Positions 1 to 8,694 of a stretch of 64,000 bases of DNA are shown here, piece by piece (position 1 is the first letter of the stretch; each line of letters opens with the position of its first letter). This DNA is from Armatimonadota bacterium. GTDB taxonomy: Bacteria > Armatimonadota > SYMT01. The translations under genes were made by a program, and so were the position numbers. The DNA lies in contig JAWLHY010000002.1 in the NCBI GenBank assembly GCA_041690135.1, positions 880,342 to 944,341 of the forward strand, written 5' to 3'. Under the pieces are notes generated by a model. That model ran no database searches, was not told the DNA's origin, and saw only the letters and a program-made list of their open reading frames with translations.

Positions 1-1114
1 GGATCTCCCTTCGGGTCACCACGTCCCAGAGGCGCACCTTACCCGAGTCGTTATAGGCTATGATGGTTCCGCTGGGATTGATGGCTACGCCTCCGTAGGC
101 GGAGAACACCTCTCCCGGCATCTCGCGGAGCAACTCTCCGGATTCCGCATCGAGCAATTGGATCACGCCGCTGTCCGCCAGCGCGACCCAGTCGCCGTCC
201 GGAGCGAGGTCTACCGGCGAAGGGCTGAAGGGGCGGGGCAGATGCGCCAGCTTGATGGCACAGAGCGTCCGGCCGCTCTTGCAGTCCCAGATCCGTGCCG
301 TGCCGTCTTCGCTGACGGAAAGAAGGCGCTCGCCGTCTTGGCTCCAGTCGAGGCTGATGATTCCCCGCGAATGCCCGAGGAAGACGCGGTCCTGCGAGGG
401 CGCCGGGGCTTCGACGTTGCGGGCGCGCAGCCGGGTGCTCAGCTCGGATAGGGTGAGGTCCTTCTGATGGGCGGGTCGCTTCCTGAGTAGTCCCGTGGCC
501 TCGTTGATGGGGACGGCGAAGTTGAGGTTCTGGCCGTCCGTGCGCATGGAACGCACCACGCCGATAACCTGGCCGTCGGCGGTGAACACCGGGCTTCCGG
601 AACTGCCGGGAGATACCGCAGCGCTGATCTGCATCAGCCGGACCCCCTCGTCGGTGTCGCGGAAGCCGCCGAACAGGCCCTCGGTGATCGTGTTCTCCAG
701 CCCCCGCGGATTACCGATGACGTAAACGCGCGCGCCCACTGCAACCGTCGCCGAATTCCCCACCGGGACCGAGGGGAGTGCGGCCCCTTCAACTCGCAGG
801 ATGGCGATGTCCAGGGGCTCGTCGAAGGCCACCACGCGCGGTGATTGCAGCACCCGGCCATCGGGCAGGCGGAGGTCCGCGTCGGTTGCGCCTTCGAGCA
901 CGTGCAGGCTGGTAAAGACGAGGCCGGAGGAGCCCACCAGGAAGCCGGTTCCCAGCGCGCCCTCCCCCTCGGCCTGCTTCGTGGTAATGAGCAAGACCGC
1001 CTTGCCATTGCGAGCGACGATCTGCTCGGGCTTGAGGTCCGCCGCGCGGACGGCCAGCGGCATCAAGATCAGGAGTCCGAGGTAGCTCAGCAGACGCAAA
1101 GGGTGGGAGAACAT
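1..1114 (-). CDS. Secreted trypsin-like (S1C/HtrA-like) serine protease fused to WD40-like repeats; runs off the window
   Basis: Translated by hand from ATG 1114: MFSHPLRLLSYLGLLILMPLAVRA signal peptide; GTGFLV, TSLHV, DIAILRV, IGNPRG, SPGSSGSPV protease motifs; then GTARIWD and GKVRLWD WD40-like motifs. Absent from the ORF track because the stop lies outside the window. Confidence 0.85.
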   Translation of the reverse strand, partial: MFSHPLRLLSYLGLLILMPLAVRAADLKPEQIVARNGKAVLLITTKQAEGEGALGTGFLVGSSGLVFTSLHVLEGATDADLRLPDGRVLQSPRVVAFDEPLDIAILRVEGAALPSVPVGNSATVAVGARVYVIGNPRGLENTITEGLFGGFRDTDEGVRLMQISAAVSPGSSGSPVFTADGQVIGVVRSMRTDGQNLNFAVPINEATGLLRKRPAHQKDLTLSELSTRLRARNVEAPAPSQDRVFLGHSRGIISLDWSQDGERLLSVSEDGTARIWDCKSGRTLCAIKLAHLPRPFSPSPVDLAPDGDWVALADSGVIQLLDAESGELLREMPGEVFSAYGGVAINPSGTIIAYNDSGKVRLWDVVTRREI

Positions 1115-1312
1115 GGCGAGTGGTCCGGTGAAAGGGTCGCGGTGGGTGTCGGAAGAACCCTTCACCAGAAGCCGTGCCCGCACCTGCCCGTTAGACAACA
1201 AAGCAGCAGCACAGGGAGAGGAAACCGATGGCAGGGCCTGCGCCGGATTGTCAGCGTTCTGGCCCTAACATTCACTATGTCAGGCCCCTGCCCGAGGCGG
1301 AAGTCCAAACTC

Positions 1313-1375
1313 CCTCACGCCTCACGCCTCACGCCTCACGCCTCACGCCTCACGCCTCACGCCTCACGCCTCACG
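1313..1375 (+). repeat. Heptamer tandem repeat (CCTCACG)x9, with degenerate CATTACG/CATCACG copies near 1430-1456
   Basis: Nine exact consecutive copies read directly. Confidence 0.95.
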
Positions 1376-1621
1376 TTTCATACCCGCCCGAGGCAACCCC
1401 ATCGCCCCCGCACCCGCCTCGCACGAAACCTTACGCATCACGCATTACGCATTACGCCGCCACGTGTCCGAGGTAGCCCCTTGGCCATAGCACCTATCTC
1501 GCACGAACGTCTCACGCCTCTACCCCCAGTACCGCCCCCCATGGCATAATCAGTGCGGTTCCGGACGCCACGGCAGGGAGGCCGGCGCCCGGATCTGGCG
1601 CGAGGTGGGACGAAGGTACGC

Positions 1622-1666
1622 AAAAACGCCCGCCTCGCCGGTGAGGACCGGTGCGAAACGGGCGTT
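1622..1666 (-). terminator. Intrinsic terminator, probably the original tRNA-Ser terminator displaced by the insertion
   Basis: AACGCCCG (1625-1632)/CGGGCGTT (1659-1666) stem with a T-run on the minus strand, just downstream of the duplicated tRNA 3' end. Confidence 0.65.
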
Positions 1667-1671
1667 GCGGG

Positions 1672-1726
1672 ACGGAGAGGGTGGGATTCGAACCCACGGA
1701 GGGTTGCCCCTCACCTGTTTTCAAGA
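1672..1726. repeat. att site: 55-bp direct repeat duplicating the 3' part of tRNA-Ser
   Basis: ACGGAGAGGGTGGGATTCGAACCCACGGAGGGTTGCCCCTCACCTGTTTTCAAGA is identical at 1672-1726 and 24771-24825. Confidence 0.97.
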
Positions 1727-1843
1727 TTTGCCCGTCCCACTTCCCCTATGATCCCCAGGCATCCCATCCCCCCCCTTCCCAGGTACAAAACAAGTGGTCC
1801 AAGTGACCTGCGCCAGCCCCTAGGAACCTAACATTTCCTCTGG

Positions 1844-1867
1844 TCGGTTATACGCCGTGTTATACGG
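1844..1867. promoter_or_regulatory. Putative integrase arm-type binding sites (left)
   Basis: TCGGTTATACGCCGTGTTATACGG, identical to 24700-24723; contains two GTTATACG units. Confidence 0.75.
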
Positions 1868-1992
1868 TGAGCCCCGTAAACGGCGCTGGATTTGAGGTGA
1901 ACCCAGCTTCGGCCACGGGTAGTACCCCGAAACATCTGTTCGCAGTACCTCTCCTAACTTGATAGAAGTGCGGATGACGGAGAGGGCGGAAG

Positions 1993-3852
1993 ATGAAATT
2001 TAATGTGGGTGGGTTTCTGGAAGGGCTGGCGGCGGCGGAAGCCGGGACGGCAGCCGGTAAGGCGGCGGCGGTGCAGTTCATCCAGCGGCGGCAGGCGCAG
2101 GAGTTTCAGCAGCGGCTGGCGGGTCTCCGTGCGGCGGGAGACGCATGGAATGACCAGCAGGGGCGGCAGGTCAACACCCGAAACCTGGCGGGGCGCGAAC
2201 TGGTGAGCCTCGCCCGCATGCAGGGGCTGGACCCGAAAGCGCGGGAAGAGCTCATCCGGCAGGGCATGACCTACTTTGACCAGGCGGCGGTGCTCGGTGA
2301 GGTGCCAAACCCCTACGGGCCGGAAGCCTTCCAGAGGTTCTTGCAGGGCACGCCTTACGGGAAGGGGCTCGACGTGGCCCCCACGCCGCCCGTGGGGCCG
2401 CAGAGAGCGCCCCTTACCCTGCCGAAGGGCGAGGGGCCGTTATTCCGGAAGCCGGCGGCCAAGGCGATTGTGGAGCCGATCCGGGACGCTGCGGACCGGG
2501 CGCGCATCCAGGGGATGGCGGACCGCTACGGGAGCCTGCAGCAGCTCCTGGTGGACCTGGAAGCGGGGAAAGTCACGGACGCGCAGGCCTGGGAGAGTTT
2601 CCGGAAACTCGGACCGACGCCCGAACTGGAACCGCTCCGGAAGTGGAGCGCGGGCGCCGGCGCGCGGATCGGGGGACTGCTGAAGGGGGGCGCATTCACT
2701 CCGCAGGCGCGGGAGCAGGCGCTAGAACTGCAGGCAGCCCTGGAAGAGGCGGCCTCGGCCTTTCCGGTCGATCCGGCGGCCCTGGAACCGGTGCGGGGGC
2801 GCTACCTGGCTTTCCTGCGGGATCCGCGCAACTATCGACCCGACACGCAGCAGTTCCGGGAAGTGCAGGAACAGACCCGCAAAGACGAACAGGAAACGCG
2901 CCTGGCGCAGGGTGCCCACCAGCGGAACCACGCGTATCTGCAGGGGATCGCGAATGCGCTCCGCGCCGGCAATACGGGGCAGTTCCGGGAACTGGTCGGC
3001 CAGCAGCGGGCCTTCGTGGCCGCGCAGCCGGCGGGATACGGGCTGCGGGTGTATGGCGGCGAGGCCCTGGACCCTACCCAGCGGCGAAAGGTCGCGCGCC
3101 GGGTGCCGGGTGAGGGTAGAACGGTCACCAGCCCGGAAACGGACGAGGAAGCCGCCGGCAGGGTGCTGCTGGAAGCCCGGCGGTTTGTGGACGGACCGGA
3201 AGGCGTGAAAGCCCTCATCCAGGGGGCGCGAGGCGAGTTGATGCGCGTGTTCCGGCCCGGTCGCTGGGAGGCGCTTCCGGCTGCAGAACGGCGTACGCTG
3301 CTGGAACAACTCGCCGACCTGACCCAGGAGTTGGGGCTGCCGAAGGTCCTCTCGGAAGGGCTGTACGGCCGTCTCACGCCGTTTGAGCGGGCGCTCGTGG
3401 AGAACCGGACCACCGCGCGCGCCGAGGCGAACCGGCACGTGAAGGAACGACAGGCGCTTACCGGGACCGTCGCGCGGAAGGTCGAGGCGGGGCATCTGAC
3501 GCCCGTCCAGGGGAATATCGTAGGGCTGCTGGTTGAGGATCTCGACCGGCTGCAGGGGGAAGCGGCAGAGCTCCGGCGCGTGCATCCCGAGGAGCGGACC
3601 GACGATCAGCGGAAGCGGCTGGAAGTGCTGACGCGCGGGTCGGGAGTAGTCGAACGGGTCCGGCGGGCGATCCGCGACCTGCTGAACCCCGGGCGCCGTA
3701 ACTGGCCGGCCATCCCCAACAAATGGAGCCCGGCCTTCCAGGGTGCGCGGCGGCAGGCAGTCGCCCGTTACCGGGAACGGTTCGGGGATCCCGACCGCGA
3801 CACGCGGCGAGAGCTGTACTATCTGGTCGAGGAAGGCCTCCTGCGACCGTGA
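1993..3852 (+). CDS. Hypothetical 619-aa helical/coiled-coil protein
   Basis: Long ORF with GC-rich codon usage; GGAGAGG RBS upstream; no recognised catalytic motif. Confidence 0.8.
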   Translation: MKFNVGGFLEGLAAAEAGTAAGKAAAVQFIQRRQAQEFQQRLAGLRAAGDAWNDQQGRQVNTRNLAGRELVSLARMQGLDPKAREELIRQGMTYFDQAAVLGEVPNPYGPEAFQRFLQGTPYGKGLDVAPTPPVGPQRAPLTLPKGEGPLFRKPAAKAIVEPIRDAADRARIQGMADRYGSLQQLLVDLEAGKVTDAQAWESFRKLGPTPELEPLRKWSAGAGARIGGLLKGGAFTPQAREQALELQAALEEAASAFPVDPAALEPVRGRYLAFLRDPRNYRPDTQQFREVQEQTRKDEQETRLAQGAHQRNHAYLQGIANALRAGNTGQFRELVGQQRAFVAAQPAGYGLRVYGGEALDPTQRRKVARRVPGEGRTVTSPETDEEAAGRVLLEARRFVDGPEGVKALIQGARGELMRVFRPGRWEALPAAERRTLLEQLADLTQELGLPKVLSEGLYGRLTPFERALVENRTTARAEANRHVKERQALTGTVARKVEAGHLTPVQGNIVGLLVEDLDRLQGEAAELRRVHPEERTDDQRKRLEVLTRGSGVVERVRRAIRDLLNPGRRNWPAIPNKWSPAFQGARRQAVARYRERFGDPDRDTRRELYYLVEEGLLRP

Positions 3853-3902
3853 GAAGGCAGGCAGCCGGCTCTACTGACGCCGGCTGCCTGCAAGGGCAAA
3901 GG

Positions 3903-4394
3903 TCAGAGATCAGCGTCACGCTTGAAGACAGCGATAACTCCTAGGAGAACCCCCACCAGGCGGGGCAGGTCGTGAGTCAGGATTGTCCCGAACGACCAAG
4001 TGAAGTTATCCGGTGAGATACCTGCTAGAACCGGATTAAGCAGCATCCAGGCCACTCCCAGGACGATGGCAACCGAGCGGCGGGAAAAGGGCGCAACCCA
4101 GGCCGCCCCAAAGATCGAAGCTGTAGGGATGACCAGACGCGAAAGGGTTTGCTCCCAGACTGCCAGTGTTTCAGCACTCAGCCTTATGGACGCTTCAGGG
4201 TTCACACCACCAAAGGACACCATGAGTGCCCAGTGCAGAGGGAATGTCGCAAGAAAGCCGATCAACACACCTGCGGGCAACACCAAGATCCAGCGGACCA
4301 TGCATATGAGGAGCGACGGACGGGGTTCGGGGTCATTGTGTGCGTCGCTGGGTTCCGAGTCCCAGCTGCGGTAGGCGAGGCGGGCTTGTTGCAC
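3903..4394 (-). CDS. Hypothetical membrane protein, ~4 TM (start may be ATG 4301)
   Basis: Several hydrophobic segments (WILVLPAGVLIGFLA, VAIVLGVAWMLL, LVGVLLGVIAVF). Confidence 0.6.
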   Translation of the reverse strand: MQQARLAYRSWDSEPSDAHNDPEPRPSLLICMVRWILVLPAGVLIGFLATFPLHWALMVSFGGVNPEASIRLSAETLAVWEQTLSRLVIPTASIFGAAWVAPFSRRSVAIVLGVAWMLLNPVLAGISPDNFTWSFGTILTHDLPRLVGVLLGVIAVFKRDADL

Positions 4395-4549
4395 AACTGC
4401 ACTCCTTCCAGGTTGGTAGGCACTCTACTAATGGCTTGCCTGTGAGTTCTGTAGAGAACCTGTAAGTTCCTTGATCGATTTCACGGTGGCTTACTAATGC
4501 AGGTGAAGGGGCAGGCGACCCCCAGGGATCGCCTGCCGAGAGGAACGCG

Positions 4550-4810
4550 CTACCGGACGGGCTCCGGCGTGAGGTACTCCGCATCCGGAGCGTGGAACTC
4601 CAGACCGGTGCGGGGTTCGGGCTCGAGGAAGTGCGGCTGGCAGCCATACCACGTTTGCGAACAGCCGCAGGGGGCGTAGTCGTGCTCCGGATGCTCGCCC
4701 AGGTGCTTACCGCGTCCACGATAGACGGAGGCCTTGTGGTAGACGGCGCCGCAGCCGCCACAGGCGCGAAAGTCCGTCTCGTGCATCCGGTCCATAGCGT
4801 AGCTGGCCAT
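4550..4810 (-). CDS. Small Cys/His-rich putative Zn-binding protein (86 aa)
   Basis: ATG 4810 with GGAG RBS; MASYAMDRMHETDFRACGGCG...HDYAPCGC; C-terminal part of track ORF 4550..5233. Confidence 0.6.
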   Translation of the reverse strand: MASYAMDRMHETDFRACGGCGAVYHKASVYRGRGKHLGEHPEHDYAPCGCSQTWYGCQPHFLEPEPRTGLEFHAPDAEYLTPEPVR

Positions 4811-4866
4811 GAGGGTGCTCCGCCCGCGCGGAAGGGTGGGAAGTCCCCCACCCTTCCGGCAGGAGA

Positions 4867-5394
4867 TCAGGCCGCGACGGGGACCGCGACAGGCCGGCGC
4901 TCGGCGACCGGCTGGCCAATCTTGCCTGCGAGCTGCTGCAGGCGCTCGAACTGGGCGGGCGTGACGAACACCCCCAGACCCTGGTGCAGGGCGGCCACGT
5001 GCTTGCAGGAGAGGCCGGTATCCTGGCACACCCCGGCATCCCGGCAGGTGCAGGAAGAGGGCTCCGCCGCGACCGTATAAACCTCGCCGGAGAGGGAGAG
5101 GACGTGCCATACGGGCTGGTCGGGATCCGCGAGCCAGACATAACCGGGGCCTTCTTCCAGGGCGCGCAGGACGCGTTCTTGCTGGAGTTGCTGAAGCAGG
5201 GCTTCCCGCTTCTGATCGCAGGCAGGCAGGCACACCACGAAGTAGCGATTGGCGCTCCGGGCGCGGGTGCTTTCCAGAACCGTGACGCCCGTGTACTGGG
5301 GATCCTCGCGCAGGCGGTCCGCAAACGCGCGGGCCGGCTCTTCGGGCATGAGCTTCGACCGGTAACCGGGGCCTTCGTGAGTTAAAACAACCAT
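4867..5394 (-). CDS. SWIM zinc-finger protein
   Basis: ATG 5394 preceded by GGAGG; GEVYTV...SCTCRD...SCKHVAAL matches the CxC-x(n)-CxH SWIM motif. Confidence 0.85.
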   Translation of the reverse strand: MVVLTHEGPGYRSKLMPEEPARAFADRLREDPQYTGVTVLESTRARSANRYFVVCLPACDQKREALLQQLQQERVLRALEEGPGYVWLADPDQPVWHVLSLSGEVYTVAAEPSSCTCRDAGVCQDTGLSCKHVAALHQGLGVFVTPAQFERLQQLAGKIGQPVAERRPVAVPVAA

Positions 5395-5524
5395 GCTGAT
5401 CCTCCGGGATCTGACAGGGAACGGGGCGCTGATCTTAGCGGGTCTGGGCGCCCCGTTCGTGTGTTTCTGGGCAGGCAGGGTGAAGCGGTAGAGGCCGAGG
5501 GGACCCGTCGGCTGCGCTGCCGCA

Positions 5525-5659
5525 CCGTGCTTGCGTGAAAGCGACATTTTGCGGGGGCGGGCAAAGCGCAAGCCCCCTAGCCCGAAGGGTGCCGAAGGCA
5601 GGCTTGCGCTTTGATCCGAGCGCAGCGACCCCGCGTTAAAATGACGCACGCAAGCACGG
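5525..5659 (+). promoter_or_regulatory. Candidate single-stranded-DNA promoter / ssi-like hairpin (Frpo-type)
   Basis: Nested inverted repeats 5525-5537/5647-5659, 5545-5556/5629-5643 (imperfect) and 5562-5574/5601-5613; GAA-triloop mini-hairpins; TTGCGC (5604-5609) and TAAAAT (5637-5642) lie in the 3' arm. Confidence 0.7.
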
Positions 5660-6561
5660 GAAGGAGATTCCGCCCGCAGGGCACCGCATTGGGTGGCGGG
5701 CGGGCACAGGAGAGCAAGATCGCGGTGGGCGAGCCGGGGATGCCGGTCGCTGTTTGCCGGGAGCCCCGGAGCGCCGACCGTATCCGCATCCCTCACACCC
5801 AGCGCCTGGGGAGCACAGACGCGGCGGGCGCAGAGGAGCGGAGAGAACTGAACGGAAGCGAGAACGGAGCCCGGAGCGGGAACGGGAACGGAGCGACGGT
5901 GGGCCTGGGGCGGTCCGTCGCCCGTGGTTAGCCCGTGCCGTAGTTTGGCGGGGGCGGGGTGGCGGTCCGCCCAGTAGTCAGGCCGGCCGGAGCGAAGTGG
6001 GAGTGAGAGCGGGGCGGAGTGGCAGCGGACGGGAAGGAACGGAGCGGGGACAGCCGGCCGTGGCCCCTGGTGACACGGGATCCGCACCGAACCCCCGTAA
6101 GAGTGACGAGACGGGCAGGCGTGTGGCGCATCCCACACCGGCCCCGCACGCCCGGCAATGGAGACGGAGCCCACTGCTGCGACCGTGTGCCGGGCCTACG
6201 GCAGCCGAACGAGCCTTCTCACTTTGCCGAGACCGGTTCGGGAGTGGCCTGGGTGTCCGAAATAGGAGTAGGAGTAGGAGTAGGACCGCGCACGCCCTGA
6301 CAAGCGTTCTGGCGCTCGCCGTCGATAAGCCCGCTTCTCATCGGGGCCGCCGCTCGGGGGTGGCGGGTGGGCGCTGGAAGGTCTGGGTTGCCGCGCCGTC
6401 CCCGTCGTACGGGTCAGGCGCACCGCATCCGATGTCGGAAAGCGCCTGGAGTGCGCAGACGCGGCGGGCACGGAGGAGCGCAGAGAACGGTGCCTACCCA
6501 ATAGAGTAAAGTGCGGCCGGAAACGCGATTTCGGGGCCTGTCGAACATCAGATCGGCAATG

Positions 6562-8457
6562 CTAGTGTAAGGAGCTAGGGTTGCTGAGCCCAGAAGGCGA
6601 TAGGAGCTTCTCACGAACCTGAAGATCATCTGGCCCGAGTTCGAGATGAGCTTTAATATTGTGTTGTTCTTGTTTAAACCAATCGATCATATGGGACGGT
6701 AGTTTCTTGCAGATCCAGTTCGATGCAAGATCCGCTTCCCCAGCAATGAGAGCGTTGGCATAGAACCCGGCGATGCTCCCCGTCTGGACATCACTTTCGG
6801 ACGACCAAGTGTAGTCCAAACTCTCCCGATACGCATCCATTCGCTTCCTCGCCAGGAATGGGAACTGAGCTGTGACTGTGCTGAATTTACTACCATCCCA
6901 GCCTACAACATGCGATATATCTGAATCGTCTGCATTGCTCCTTTCATAACCCAGGCTAACACTCACGGCTACCTCGGATATTCCGTTGCTGTCCATATCG
7001 GCAACTTCATAACCATTACTATTATTGATCGATCCTATGGTTAGACGCGTCACTTTCCCATCGTGAAGGCGGAGTATCTCAAACGACTGAAAGCCTCCGG
7101 AGCCTTCGCTCACACCCTTGAGACAAAGTTCATCTTCAGCCATATTATCGAGATTAGCGAATACCACTTCAACGAACGAGTCGTCAAAGGTATGTAGAAC
7201 TAGCCCTTTCTCATCTATCAACTCCACTCGTTGTTGTGGATATTCCAAGGCTAGATCTCCTAATGCAACCTTATACTTTGACCATCGCCATGTCCGTTTT
7301 AAAGTCCCCCTAAGTTCCGGGATGGGAACTGGGGTTGATTTATGATCTGATGTTTGCCTAATACCCGCCATTTGAACACTACCGTGCGTATACCAGAATA
7401 CACAACCGACCAGTGCTGGGGTTAGCAGGCATCCGGCGATCCAGTGCCAACCAAATGATTTTCCTAGAGTTGGATGGGTTTGTTCAATCGTTGACTCCCA
7501 ATCGACAGTTGGGTTGGACCCGGCAGTGCGGCACTGGAAGGTAATGTCGTTTATTTGATTGAGAGCTTCAACATCAGATCGTAGATTTGCTGTTCTTACG
7601 ATAATATTAGCTGTAGCAGCACCGAGATTCCAACCAGCTGATCCAAGACCTAGCCCGGCCTGTGCAGCAAAAACCGAAATCCAGCTTCCTCCGAATTTCA
7701 GTGCAATGAAACCGACCGCTGATCCACCTATGGCGCCGAATAATAAGTATGCCGGAATCCACTCCAGATGGGGATTTATAGCAAGCCGCTCTAACCGTAG
7801 GTTGAGCCGCCTCAGCTCAACCAAACGCATAGCACGTTCCTGAAAGACCACCTCTCTCCATTGAGCTATCTTCTTTTCGGACGCTGCCAGTAACAGACTC
7901 TTCTGGGATGCTTGATAGGCATATCGGTAGGCTGATTGCCATGTGCCATGCCGCAATGCCGTAACACTCATTTCCAAGAGCGTGTCGCCCTTCGTAAGCA
8001 GTGATAGGGTTAACCCTATGCCTGCCATAAGCGAAAGTGGGACAAATACGTGCGGTGCCGTCAATAAGCCGAGCACCTTCATTGCGGTACTGATAGTCCC
8101 GAAACTGGCCCCCATCATTCCGAGAGCGGATGCGGACGCCATGAAGATCCCGAATCCTGTAGCATCTGCCGCAGCGGCCATCCCCATGCTCGTGGCTGCC
8201 GTGATTAGACCTGCAGCAAAGGCAGTAGGAGTTGAAGTATCGATCCCAGGGTGACGCAGACGAAACGCCTGCATTTCAGGAGTGGAGACGACTGCTCGCC
8301 ATGGTGAAAACATCCACATCAGACCAAGCGCGACAATTGCGGCACCGATGCTTATCAAATCTGTCGGGGTGGCGGCAAGCCTTCCCGTGAAGCACCCAAT
8401 GATCAGACTCAGGACTAGCGAAAATGATAGAGAGCTCTTATAGGGCAATTTGTGCAT
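6562..8457 (-). CDS. Hypothetical multi-pass membrane protein with an extracytoplasmic C-terminal domain carrying FG-GAP/VCBS-like motifs
   Basis: Likely start MHKLPYK (8457); many hydrophobic Gly/Ala helices; ANLDNMAEDEL and VADMDSNGISEVAV motifs; low GC. Confidence 0.7.
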   Translation of the reverse strand: MHKLPYKSSLSFSLVLSLIIGCFTGRLAATPTDLISIGAAIVALGLMWMFSPWRAVVSTPEMQAFRLRHPGIDTSTPTAFAAGLITAATSMGMAAAADATGFGIFMASASALGMMGASFGTISTAMKVLGLLTAPHVFVPLSLMAGIGLTLSLLTKGDTLLEMSVTALRHGTWQSAYRYAYQASQKSLLLAASEKKIAQWREVVFQERAMRLVELRRLNLRLERLAINPHLEWIPAYLLFGAIGGSAVGFIALKFGGSWISVFAAQAGLGLGSAGWNLGAATANIIVRTANLRSDVEALNQINDITFQCRTAGSNPTVDWESTIEQTHPTLGKSFGWHWIAGCLLTPALVGCVFWYTHGSVQMAGIRQTSDHKSTPVPIPELRGTLKRTWRWSKYKVALGDLALEYPQQRVELIDEKGLVLHTFDDSFVEVVFANLDNMAEDELCLKGVSEGSGGFQSFEILRLHDGKVTRLTIGSINNSNGYEVADMDSNGISEVAVSVSLGYERSNADDSDISHVVGWDGSKFSTVTAQFPFLARKRMDAYRESLDYTWSSESDVQTGSIAGFYANALIAGEADLASNWICKKLPSHMIDWFKQEQHNIKAHLELGPDDLQVREKLLSPSGLSNPSSLH

Positions 8458-8694
8458 GTGGGTTTCACTATGGTTAGGGCAGTGCGTTTTTGCGCGATAA
8501 CTACTCGGCCACGCAACCGTCCACGAGCATCCACACACCCATTGCTACTTCAAGAGGCATTGAACCAACGTTGGACGGCGAAGCGAGAGAATTGATAGCA
8601 ACCACTGCTGCCAGATTACGCCGGGCACGCAGAGCGAACTGGAGTGTAACGACCTGATTGAAGCTGCGGTGCCCGCTCGAATGGGTATCCGAGT

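Noticed and set aside
845-1549. 234-aa ORF with PHASRLT repeats
   Set aside because: It is the translation of the heptamer DNA repeat and overlaps the real protease gene on the opposite strand.
1672-1726. Second tRNA-Ser gene
   Set aside because: Only the 3' part, from the anticodon loop onward, is present. The D-arm and 5' acceptor strand are missing, so it is the att duplication.
1977-1986. ACGGAGAGGG matching the start of the att core
   Set aside because: Only 10 bp, and it coincides with the RBS of the 1993 ORF. Probably chance.
5395-6174. N-terminal extension of the SWIM ORF (435-aa track call)
   Set aside because: Low-complexity Pro/Arg translation of structured non-coding DNA. A clear GGAGG RBS precedes ATG 5394.
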